DNA of 64,000 nucleotides, from assembly GCA_002633005.1 (NCBI GenBank), contig NMRA01000074.1, positions 268,187 through 332,186 on the forward strand, written 5' to 3'. The position numbers and the translations under genes are program-made. The notes beneath the pieces are model-generated. The model searched no databases, had not been told where the DNA came from, and was given only the letters and a program-made list of their open reading frames with translations. This DNA comes from Phoronis australis. Its lineage: Eukaryota > Animalia > Phoronida. Each line of letters starts with the position of its first letter. Within the stretch, counting starts at the first letter, position 1. Positions 40,401-52,400 of this stretch are shown in pieces.

Positions 40401-43400
40401 ATAATGACGGTCTTCATAAGCCCCATTAATGAACTGTGGGTAAATTAAAATCGAAGTCAGGACTGTCTTAGCTAAGACCAGACTTGTAAATCTCAATTAA
40501 ACATTACCCTGCTATACAGCAAACGAAAGTCTAGCACATCGCTTCAAACCATCCCGCACTGCACAGCAACTCACCTGGAGATGAGACTAAAGAGCGCGGG
40601 CACCAGCAAGTGACCCCTCTTTAACTTCTTCTTGGTCTGCAGTACCTCCAAAATGAGCACCAGCCTCCGCCACTCACGGCTCTCGGCCACACCCTCGGTT
40701 GGCTGCACGTCACGGGAACTCCTGTACATTCACAAGCAACATTGAACATAACAATGCTTTGAAGACAGTAACAGTGGCTCAGATGCGCAAAACGGATAAA
40801 TGACATTTGAATACAAAACCCAAGCTCTATGGCCTGCAAGTGTAAGTTCTCACTCCAACTAAATATGAATAAGCTAGTGATAATAAAATTACCAATAACA
40901 AACACAGAACAGAAGTCTTCCTGTAAAAGGCAAGTAACGCGACTAGCATTAGTGACTTCGTTAGTCACCATTACGGAATAAGTCTTGCATTATCTCCTGA
41001 CCTATGACAACGATAGAATGCAACAAGTGCCACCTTTTTGATGAAAAATAAAGTAGTTCAAAATCGAACAAAAGGAGCAATCAACTAGCAATCTGAGAGT
41101 TATTGAAAAATTTGAAGGTAACACTTTTAGGTAAATGTTTTCAAATGATCATACAGACAATAAACAAAAATACTGGTTGAGTGTGATAAAGAATTCTAAA
41201 AAGTTAAAACTGCATTTTGCCCTGTTTAGCTGGCTAAGATATGTTACCTGCCAGAGAATTAAAACCACCACTAGCTGAGAAAAAAAGCTTGAGAATTTTT
41301 TGGGGTTGGCCAACCTTAAAATTGCGAATTAAAAAATGGCACATGTACACATTGCACGTGACTTGAATTGATGACAGAAATGAAACATTCTCACAGTTAG
41401 GAATATTATGAGCCAGACCAAGTTGACAAGAGTAAAAGGACCAATAGGATTTTTGTTTTAAGCTAGCTAAACACAGCTAAATGCAACTTTAAAATGGGAC
41501 ACATTTGAGGCAAATTCTCTCAAAATCTCTCAACATTTTTATAACCATAGCTGTCCTTGATTCCTGACCATGGTCAATCACTCAATCTGCCATGGAAAGT
41601 ACAGCTGAACTGTGCCAACCCACCTGCGTATACGCTTGACGTCCCGCACCGTCGCCCCCTTGTCCTTTTGGTCCATCCTTTGCACCTCCACCAAGACTTG
41701 ACCGGCATCCAGCGATAACTGGAAAGTCAACAGTCAACCAATCAAGATTCTACTAGAGACAGAGAGAGACAAGCTTGTCTGTTTTCGCATCATTAAGGGG
41801 TACACGGCACTATGAATGCTTACTGGTTAGTATTACAGTAAGCACTTAACACAGTGACTGGACTTTCATGACAGATTTCTTTTGTTTGGGGATTAAGGAA
41901 CATTAGTAGCATGTCAGTGGTAAGATCTGCCTGTTAGTGGCAACATTCCATCTCGTCCACTTTAGATGTTCTGCACTGTAACAACTAAACCCCGCAATGA
42001 GAATTGAATTTTTTCATTGTTTGTACAGCAAAACTCTGCTATTACAAAGAAAAGAAATTTAAGAAATAGGGCATTGCAGCTGTTTCTTTATTGACGTGTC
42101 CAAACCTTTATTGTGTATTTAACCAGTCTGATCAACAAAGTGGAGCACCTCCACTTGTGCACATCATTCCTTATCATGGTGAAAATTGAATGGGGAAGAG
42201 TACTGTGTGATAAACCATTTGCTTACATGGTCAAGGTGTTCATTTTCTTTCCTTTACCTAGACGCACAGTTAGAGCTGTTAGATTGGAGACTGTTGTGTA
42301 TCTCCCACATGTGAAATGGCTGTTCACACACCCAGTAGTCTTCAACATACTGAATTTGAAGACTTAAGGACTGTAAACAGACAGCAAAATACCTCGAGGG
42401 GAGACAAAACTTGCCAAGAGCACTTACAGGGGATTCCCATTACGAGAACCAGTATTCTCCACTGAATTATAGACATCGAACTGGTTCTCAGAATCCAGGA
42501 CTCCTGTACGCCACTACTGACCAAAAATACAAATTAACATAGACTTTCTCTTCCGTTTTTGTACTACTTTTAATAACAACTGTAAAACAAAAGCTGTTGT
42601 GAGGAACACAAGTCCCGGAAGGCTTAAACCTTCCTTACCCCTTTCAATGCTCTGCGAACAGCTTCAGCGACACGAGTATCTCCAGCATCCACCCAGACAT
42701 CAAACAGGATGTGCAGCAGGTCTTGACGCAGATTGTCAGATGGAAGAGCTTGAAAGAACTCGCGAGTGATCTGAAAACATTGTGCACAAGTTCAATAACC
42801 AAATCTGCCAGGAAACAAAGATGGCCGGTCAACTCCAAACTTTCTGAGTTTAGTACTTAACATCAGTGATGTGTTAGTTCATATTAAAACTTTGGAACTT
42901 ACAATTTGTCAAGGGTCAAGTTGAGGTCAATTTCTTGGCATTAAAGCATGGGCAGATTGGGACTACCAGACTATCATGTGCATAAACTCAAATACAAACA
43001 ATAACAACAAACCATCAATAGTCATACAAATGTAGTGGATTTTGCAGTTTTTTCGAAATAATTTATGTTCGCATGAGTGAATCTGTCTGTTCAACATCTA
43101 ATTCAATGGTTTAAGTGGAGGAATCAGTAGTTGTCATAATATGGTTCAAAGTTCATGCCTATTATCACCCAATGCTTCGAGGTGGGGGCAAAATATGAAA
43201 TACAAAGGACAGACAAAGCTAGCACAATGAATATGTCGTCATTTTTTTAAAACCAGCGTTCATCATGTGGTTTCAAGTCAGGAAAATACTTCAGTAGCAT
43301 CCCTTTCCTAGCACAATCTATCGAAATGCTGGTTGCACACTTTGCCAGTGGGTGCCACGTGTATCCAAACCTGTGCTAACATTCCCATTTGTAGGTAGGT

Positions 43401-46400
43401 ACACCCTTTCGTGATGTGGACTCTTAAGAATGTGCCGCAAGGCTAGCTGCCAACGCGAAAGTTGAATCAGTGCTCTCTAATGGACACATGCATTCACATA
43501 GCTAGGTATCCAACACGCATGCGTTTTGCCAAGCCAAGCCGGTACACTGTTTTATTTAGAATTGTCACCGTTCTCTTTTGATGTGCGACTTGAGAGTGGA
43601 GTGCACGCCCAAGTTCCCCCACTTCATCCGGTAGGGTACACGCTATATTGGCAGCAACATGTGATTGTCAGAAGACTAATACATATGTCTAGCGTGCAGC
43701 CCCAGAAAGAAGGGCTTGACAATTTCTTTGCGATTTATGATTATTCTGTTGAAAGACGAGTTATGACCGTCATTTGGCATTGACACGATTGTTTTGGTTA
43801 GTAACTGCGTTATGAATTCACTCGTGACTAAAGTCAGTAATGTTTCCGATTGGTGAGCAAATTAATTACTTTTTTACTGTCTCAACCGGTGATCAGCAGG
43901 TCAGGCTGTGGTTAGTTTGGAAATATACTGTTTTACAAAAGATGATACTAGTCAACGCCCATTGGTCAAGAACATGAGAGGGGTTTCCAATGAGGGCACA
44001 TAATACAAGGGGCACAAAATGTGTTGTAACTAGATTGTGGTATTGTGGAATAAACAAAGATATTTAGCACAAAAGTAATTGTCTAAGACTGTTGGTTCAT
44101 TTTACTCCGACTTTAAGACGTCAACACTATTGTACATGAACAGGTTTCATGAACAAAACACCATAACGTAGATTAGTGGTTAAACACGCCTGTGCAAGGT
44201 GGCCTTCAGTAAAAAATTAGAGTTTTGCACAATCATGATGAAGTGCGTCATTCAGTTGTTTACATCATCAGGCCTGGGTTTTAAAGAAGACTGGTGATGA
44301 AAAGGCACTGCGTCACAAATAGGGACACTGCTACACAGACGACAAGGAATAGTTTAAACAAGGACACCGAACAGTAGCTTGTTAGTAAAAAAATAATTCA
44401 GTCTAGGCTCCGTTCCAAGAAATTGACTTTAAAGTTCATGTATGACTTAAGTCTAAGATTTGTCTCAACCTTCGAAATTTGAAACTTCCACATCCAGTAA
44501 GATAGCCAAAATAAAGACAAAACTTAAGCAAAAACTTTAGCCTATCTTAATATCTCCATCTTGAAACAAGTCTTGGGACAAATTTAAGTTTTATCTTAAA
44601 ATTGACTGAAATTTATTTGCGTTACTGAAGTCAGTTTTCATGGAACCAGCCACTGGCCTCTTGTTTTGAGAATCAACGCAGTATTTTTAGTTGTAAATTT
44701 TAAGGTTTGGCAGGAGGCTGAACTCAGAACATCATATCTCAGAAATAACTACTTACACATACTCTATACAAGCTGTTCTCCAAAACTCTGTTAGGAATTG
44801 CTGTTTTAATGTCTCACATTTACAAGAGAGGCTATCAAAAAGGTGACTTCTATATTACATAAAACAAAATGTTTGAGACAACTGTAACGGCTTTTTCAAA
44901 TTTCATCTCATATAGTTATAAAAATGAAATTGTGGTCTTCTGATTTATACCACTGTTTTTCTATGAGTGTATCATTTTTGGTAAACTTTACTAAAATCAG
45001 AAGTCATGTGACCCAATCCATGACAGACTGGCATGAAGTTAAGACAAAATCTTCAGACTTTCCATAACTTTACAGAGCTAGTTTTTGTAGATATTTGACT
45101 AAATGCACACGGTTTCTCATTTAAAATACTTGTGCAGAGTTCATACTATATTTTTCTTGGTTTCAAAAAGGTTTCAGAGTGAGTGAGGCACAGACCACAA
45201 CCAATTAAATACCCTATCAGGGATTACATTTAGGCTTTATCTAATTTAAAATGCATTAGGGCAGAAAAGCGTAATTTTCCCAAGACAAACTTAGGGCTGT
45301 TCCAGCAAAATCTGTGTGGGAGGTGGGGAAGGCAACTGAAATAAAAATTTATGGGTGGTTGCGTTTGATTTAAATTCAAAATAGCTGGTGGTCGTACCTC
45401 AAAAAAATTAAAATTTACAGGTCGTTGTTGTTTCATTGGGCCATAAATGTTTGATGGTGGGTAATTTTAGTAAATTTTATAAACTATCCGCACAGAATCA
45501 AAAACTGAAACAAAAATGCAACTTGCATAAAGCTCCGACTTTTTCACTCCCTCAGATCTCCTCATCGGCATGCCCATAACACCATTTAACCACAGGTGCT
45601 CGAATTTCTCGATGGCTAATAACCATATATAAGAGACGTAAATGTTTTCTTAGTAATGAATGACGTTAGTGGTGATGGAGGAACAGATAAACTCAAGCGC
45701 CTGTGCAGTCAACCACAAGAACAAAAAAAAATTACGGGTGGTTGCATTTCAAACTTATAAAAAATTACAGGTGGTAGGCTGAAGAAATAAATGAAAAATA
45801 TGGGTGGTGGGTGTGAAAAAAAGGTGCCTTCCCCCCTCCCATACAGATTTTACTGGAACAGCCCTTACCACCATGAATTCAAAGTAAGTTTACTTTGTTA
45901 ACACCATGTTTTGTGCAATATCACTGTGACCATCAAACAAACCAATAAGAGCTTTTGCAGTACTCTGTAACTAACTTAAGCCTTGGAAAACAGAAAGATG
46001 TAGGCTCCAAAAACTCCAAAAAAAATTATTGTTCAAAGAACTTCTCATTTTTCTTCAATAAGAAATGAATCGTTTTTGGCTCGTCTTAACAACAAAATTC
46101 AAGCAATGAACAAACCTGACTTAATGTCGTTAGCTGCAGACTTCCCGTCAACCATCCAAGCTGTGAGGAAATCTTTAAGCTTTTAATGAACAGTCGGAAT
46201 GCCTCAGAAGTCGAGACAAAAATGGCAGCAGTCTCTGCCGCAAACTTGTGCACTATACACTCAACCACAGTCTGCTGGTCAATGGTTAACACGTTTGATC
46301 CAGTGGTCAGTTCTAGTAGCCGGCCAAGCAGGGGCATTAGCGTTTCCAGAACAGGCTGAAGTGAAATATTTCAATATTTTGAACTGTTCACACCTCAGAG

Positions 46401-49400
46401 AGAATTTTCAATCATAAAATCCTATGGATTAAACATGTTCATCTTCAGGTTTTTTTTACAGGACATTTTTATTATGAGTATTTTTAGTTGAATGCTCTGA
46501 ATCAAGCCAAGCCAACACTGAAAGATACTAAATACATTTATCACCTCCAAACACACGATATGTACGGTCCAATAGTAACCATATGATCTCGGACGATATC
46601 CATACCAGCAAACTTCAGGCAGTCAAACACCAGTACACATACAGCCAACATACCACACTATTCACTAAACACCAGAAGACATACAGCCAACATACCACAC
46701 TATTCACTAAACACCAGTAGACATACAGCCAACATACCACACTATTCACTAAACACCAGTAGACATACAGCCAACATACCACACTATTCACTAAACCCAA
46801 CTGCCGCAACAGTGAGGCTGTAATGAAGACAGGCGTGCTGTTGTCAACAGCGACATCTAGCAGACCGTCAAAAGCCTCCAACATGGCTTCATGCTTCTGC
46901 TGTTTCTTCAGCTTCTTCTTAGTGTTAGCCTGCCTCTGACCATCATCCACGTGTCTCCTTGACTTACGGTACATTCCAGCCAGGGCCTGGGGCATGTACC
47001 CTGGATCGGCCATCAGCTCTTCTCGGCAGTGTAAGAGCTTTGCGGCTATTGGCTGGAACCGCCACAGACAACCGGCGACACTACACTTGTCATTGAGAGA
47101 CTGGAGAAGACCAAGAGATGACTCGCAGATTGCACGTACAGGGCTGGTGATGGATAGTAGGAGACGGACTGTGACTGTAAAGGAGTTTCGATCTATCGTA
47201 CAATGTGTTCTGTTACATGAAATCAATGCAGCCAATCCGCATCACAGCGTGCCTCGTTTACAGCACTCACTAACATCCCATTCCATAAATAAAAGCTAAT
47301 TACTGTAGTGTATACAAGTCGATTTGGGTACCGCAAACTCCGCTTACATTTTCAAAAGATCTCAGAAGTCTTCACTGTAATACGCTTCAACTGTCTGCTA
47401 CTTTTTCATTCATCACTGATCACAATGATTTCATGAGTGAACAATGCAACTGTTTTATTTTCTAAAGCACCTATAATACATATTTCAACATCAGAAATGA
47501 AAAAAATAAAGCGAGGCTAGGTGGGCACATTCCTGACACAACCAGTGCGACAACAGTAAGGACACGCGTATATTTCAATGGCCACTTTCAATTCTCAATT
47601 TGTTTTGGTGTTTCGCTTGTTAGAATTCAGATTCTTCTGACAAAGGTGGGTTGACACTTCTAGTTGTCCACACCCATGCTGGTTATGGTGGAGTTCGAAA
47701 TGTGTTTTACATCTCAATTGAACATTGAGAATTTTTGAGCCTAGAGAGGCATTGGGCAGTGTCGCTATTAATCCTCTTCCAGTCAGTGCCAGGTCAGTCA
47801 TAACCTAACAATGTCAAAACCAAACAAAACTGATGGCCAACTCAGCTTCTAGCACTCTCAATGGGGATGGGTGAAGGAAAATTGTTGCCACATATAGTAG
47901 TAATAAAAAGTCGAAAAAATCACTTCAGGTGAAAAATAAACAAAACTTCGCAACAGAAAAATTTGCCTATTTTCAATGCTTGAAACTCATTTTTGTCCGT
48001 TATGTTCAGCCTTTGTTCTTAAATTTGACGAAGCAATACAATTTGTCAGTATTTCTATGGGAGCTTTTACAACCTATAAATGACATCAAACTACTGTCAG
48101 ACTTAATGTCAGAGATACTCCAATAGATCTCCCAAGCTTTTAACTGTTCCTCAAATCTCACCTGACGTGAGCTTGTCCAAATCTCTTTTGGCAAATTTGA
48201 AGGCTTCAGACGAGATTAAATACCCAGCGATAGCCAGTGCCCTCGCTTGGAGGACAGCAGTTCCCTGCGAGGCACTGCTGCAGTGGTGAGTCCACAGGCT
48301 GGACAGAAATTTGAGACAGCAGATAGCGCTACTGAACTTGTCCTGCAAGGAACGGTGAAAATTAGTCCCAATAAAAATTGGATTTTGTAATATAAATTAA
48401 AGAAAATATTATTATTAGTGATCGGTGTTTGCTGGAATGTATTTCATTTTCTCATGGACAGCAAGGCTTCAATAACAAGAAACTAGACCTACTAATGAAA
48501 ATTGTTTCCAGAACATTTTCTGTTAACCTGTATCTTCCACAAGCATTGGGTTGCTGGCAACCATTACCTTGAGAAAATTCTCTAACAGCTGCCTGTATTT
48601 TGACGCCACCTTTTTGTGGTCATGAACACTACCAGAGGTCAAGAGGTCAAACATCTTGATAAGACATGTCACACAGGCGTTGGTGTCATGGTCCCACCAG
48701 TCAGAGTCTTGCAAATGAAACATAAAGCAACATTAATTATAAAAAAGTGCCTACCATTTTACATGGTTAAGAAAACTTCACACGACTACCAGAAATTAGA
48801 TCACACACTACAGAGATGGAATAAGTGCTCCATTGTAAAAAATATAAATCAGACATCAATCTAGAATTTTTCAAATTACTTTTGCACAGGGAAGTACTTC
48901 ATACCTCTCCATTGAAAAATGTCAATTTTCCTTGACCTCTTTAAGTTCCTATCCCAGAGCACAGATAACGGAATGTCCCCTTCCTGCCACCTGGTGACCA
49001 TTGTGTAACATGTTTTGTCTGCTGTGGTAGGTAAGTTTCTCACCATTGCTCATACATTTACCTCTACAGGTTCAAAGGTCGGCACGCCATGTCAATGGAG
49101 TTTCTTTGAACCTCCCAATTTCTAAGCAAGCAGTTTCTCAGATAATATTACAATGTACTCAATCAAGCAAAAACAACAATACCTTCTAAAAAAATAACTA
49201 CAATGTAACCAACACAAACTCTCACCAGACAAGCTAGCATCTATCTTTAATGCGTCTACTAAGGCATGCATAACACTGGTGACTGTGTGGTAAGACATAG
49301 ATCCAGTACTGATTATGGTCTGCACGCAGGTCATCAATAGGCCATCATCGATGTTGGATGACAGCACACGGTCAGATGTATCACTGCTGCACACCTTGAA

Positions 49401-52400
49401 TCATCACAAGAGAGGTGAAAGATCAAGTTTTACCTGTAGCAGTTGCATCTACTACTAGTTATAGTATGTAAATATCATCTTTTTCAGTGAGGCATGCAAG
49501 TAGTTTATACCGTTCAATCCGCCATCTTTTTGATCACATCATGTGACCTAATGTATAAAAGTCTGAAAAGATTTCTGCCCCCGACTGGGACTCGAACCCA
49601 GGACCTTCAGGCTAACCGTGCAGACGCTCTAGCCACTGAGCCATCGGGACCACTGGTCAGACACAGAAATCTAATCGGACTTAGTAGTGGGCATCTTGCC
49701 CATGATCTCCATTGTGTGTGTAAATATCATCTTTTTCAGTGAGGTGTGGAATATGTTTCAAGTAGTTTATCCCGTTCAAGTTATAGTAGTACTAGAAAAA
49801 CTAGTGCCAGTAGAGCTAGTTCCACTAGTAGAACTAATTCTAGTAGTTCTAGTAATATTTAAGTCAAAAACATGGTGTACCAGTAGCAACAGTGGTACTA
49901 ATAAACGCTGGAGGAACAGATTGCTTTGAAATCGAACAACGCTCTGTAAGGCTTGTCAAAATCAGATACCGTAATGTGTAACCCTGTGAAAACTCCACAC
50001 AATTTTTTTTCCAAAAAGGACAAGTGTTAGCAACGCTTTAGCACAGGAAAATTCAAAATAGTGCAAACAGAAAGTAGCAACCCATACGCCTCCAGCAGAA
50101 AGTTTCAACAGTAGAATAAAGTTTTTATCTCTTTCATTTGAATCTATTCAAGTACCTTACTGACCAGTTATAACTGTAAAATCAATACTGGCAGAAATAC
50201 ACAAAACTGACCAATGCCCTTTTAACAAAGATACAGAAGTCTCACTGTCACACACCTTATTTTCTTTAATCAAGTCATTGACAATCTCCATCACTCTAGA
50301 GGCTGTAGAGTACCAGGCCTCATTCACACCAACCCTTTCCAGCATACTGGCCACAGTCAATAGAACTAGCGACTGATAACGAACATTATCACGTGTATGG
50401 CTAACAAGCAGATCAACCTGGTGGAAGAAAAGAACACTGGGTACAAGAAAAGCACAAGATCAAAATGAGCAATATTTTATGATAAATATATTAAAAAATT
50501 CCTCATAACATTTTATTTAGAACAAAGTGTCTATTCTTTCATCTGTGTGCAATTAATTTGGGAACAAGTTAACAATTTTCAATACAAAATACTTTCACTA
50601 TTCAAACTATTCTTTGCATTTCCCAGAGCAAGCCAAACACTAGATACAAAGAATGAAAAACCCACATTATGCAATTCAGCACTCACTGAAAACACAGTTT
50701 TGCACTATCACAAGTTGTACATCCATCAATTATTTCTTTATAAAACTATTTCGACTCACGATTGTTTCCATCACATTACAAACCATCCAATGATAACCAA
50801 GACTGACTTCTTACATATAACGCTCTGGGGCCTGTTTCAGGAAAAGTGCCTCAAGACTTAAGACCGAAATTTGGTCTCGCGTTCCGACTTCACAATTGCT
50901 GAATCAAGTCTTAGCCAACTAATTAAGAGCACACCAGAGTCTAGAAATAATTTATAGAAATTATACCCCAGTAACTAGAAGAGACTTTGCAGTTTTGCTC
51001 AAGTGAGATTTAATTATTTTTCAGAAGCACTTGTGTGTAGCATCAGACCAAATTCCTGAGTTAAGTCTCAGGTCACTTTTCATGACTGAAACCTCTGGTG
51101 ACCAACAAAGTATCACAGGTTGACAATACTTACAAATTTGATCCTCTCCGTTTCCTTCATCCGCACTAGACCTCTGGCCATGCCTTCCACCACAACAAGG
51201 TTCAGCTGGCCAAAATTGACTCTTCCAGATTTGCCAGGTGCATGCTTCGATTTCCAGGCTACGAAGACAGGTGTAGCTTGCATTTGTCAATAGTTAAAAC
51301 AATGAGCTAAAAAGGCACGCATTCACATATTTCGGAAATGAACAGATCTTTGTTGTTGAGAAAGCACTAAATCAAGCTGCTATGCAAAAAAATGCTAAGT
51401 AAGAGTTATATGTATTAACTCAATAGGGAATTTTGGATCTCACGTTTGATCACGTCCTTCAGCAGCGGGGACCGTGCTGCCATCTGTGAGTCGAGTACAG
51501 CCTGAGCCACCACAGTCTCCATAGGTGATGTGACGAACAGAAGAGCTAGACACTCGAGCAGAACAGTGTCACTTAAATCGGAGGATTGCAGCAGGAACTG
51601 TTCGCTGCACATCAACTCGATGGCCAACACTTTGCACTTATTCCTGCAAGAGTAATTAGAGCGGCTATGGGCAACATTCCGGCGTTAAGTGGGATTATTA
51701 CACCTTTAACTAATATGTTTCAAGGCCACACAACAACAACCACACATACTAGCCACTCCCGGTAGCTAAAGGCACCTCGTTATCAAATCAGTTACACATG
51801 CTAACAATTCGCTTACTTGTGAGTTAAACTGCCATACTTAGGAAACGGAAATCCATCCTACCATGTTGACTTCACATTTTCTGTTCTCCTCTCCAGAATA
51901 GACAAAAGATGCTCCAGGATCTCAGATGGTGAAATAATGTCGAGAAGTGTCTGTTAAAGAGAATACTGCGTCAGTTGGTCCTAATGTTTTGTCATTCACT
52001 ATTGGCAGGGGTCAGTAGAATTGTTAAACTTACCTACCAAATTAGATGCTCACAATAAATTTACGTGAATGAAGCTATTACGTTAGCCCTACACTAACAT
52101 CACCAATATGACAGACACCATGGATGAACAGAAACACAAACTGAACACTAGAAATTTCAAATTTACCAATTGTTTGTGCCATGATGCAGGAAAATGACCA
52201 TTTTGTCCCAAAAAATGTTTCTTGAAAGCACGCCTTGTGCACTCGTTTGAAACATAAAAGATTGGTCGGATTAACTATGATCATATGCCAAAATGAAGCA
52301 TGCATTTTTCCTGGTGCAAAATATTTTGGCACAGATTAAATGTATAAACACAAATTTTGATGAAAAGACTTGACACTACAGGCTGTTGTAACTTATCCCT

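Noticed and set aside
43420-43550. GNRA-like hairpins suggestive of a ribozyme
   Set aside because: Could not fit twister, hammerhead or HDV consensus by eye.
47595-47804. Short ORF (MTDLALTGRG...) as an extra HEATR1 exon
   Set aside because: Acceptor phase is incompatible with the upstream phase-1 donor; the frame is already continuous without it.
49577-49651. Possible tRNA gene
   Set aside because: A and B boxes are present, but the anticodon arm does not pair and the acceptor stem is imperfect; treated as a tRNA-derived repeat.
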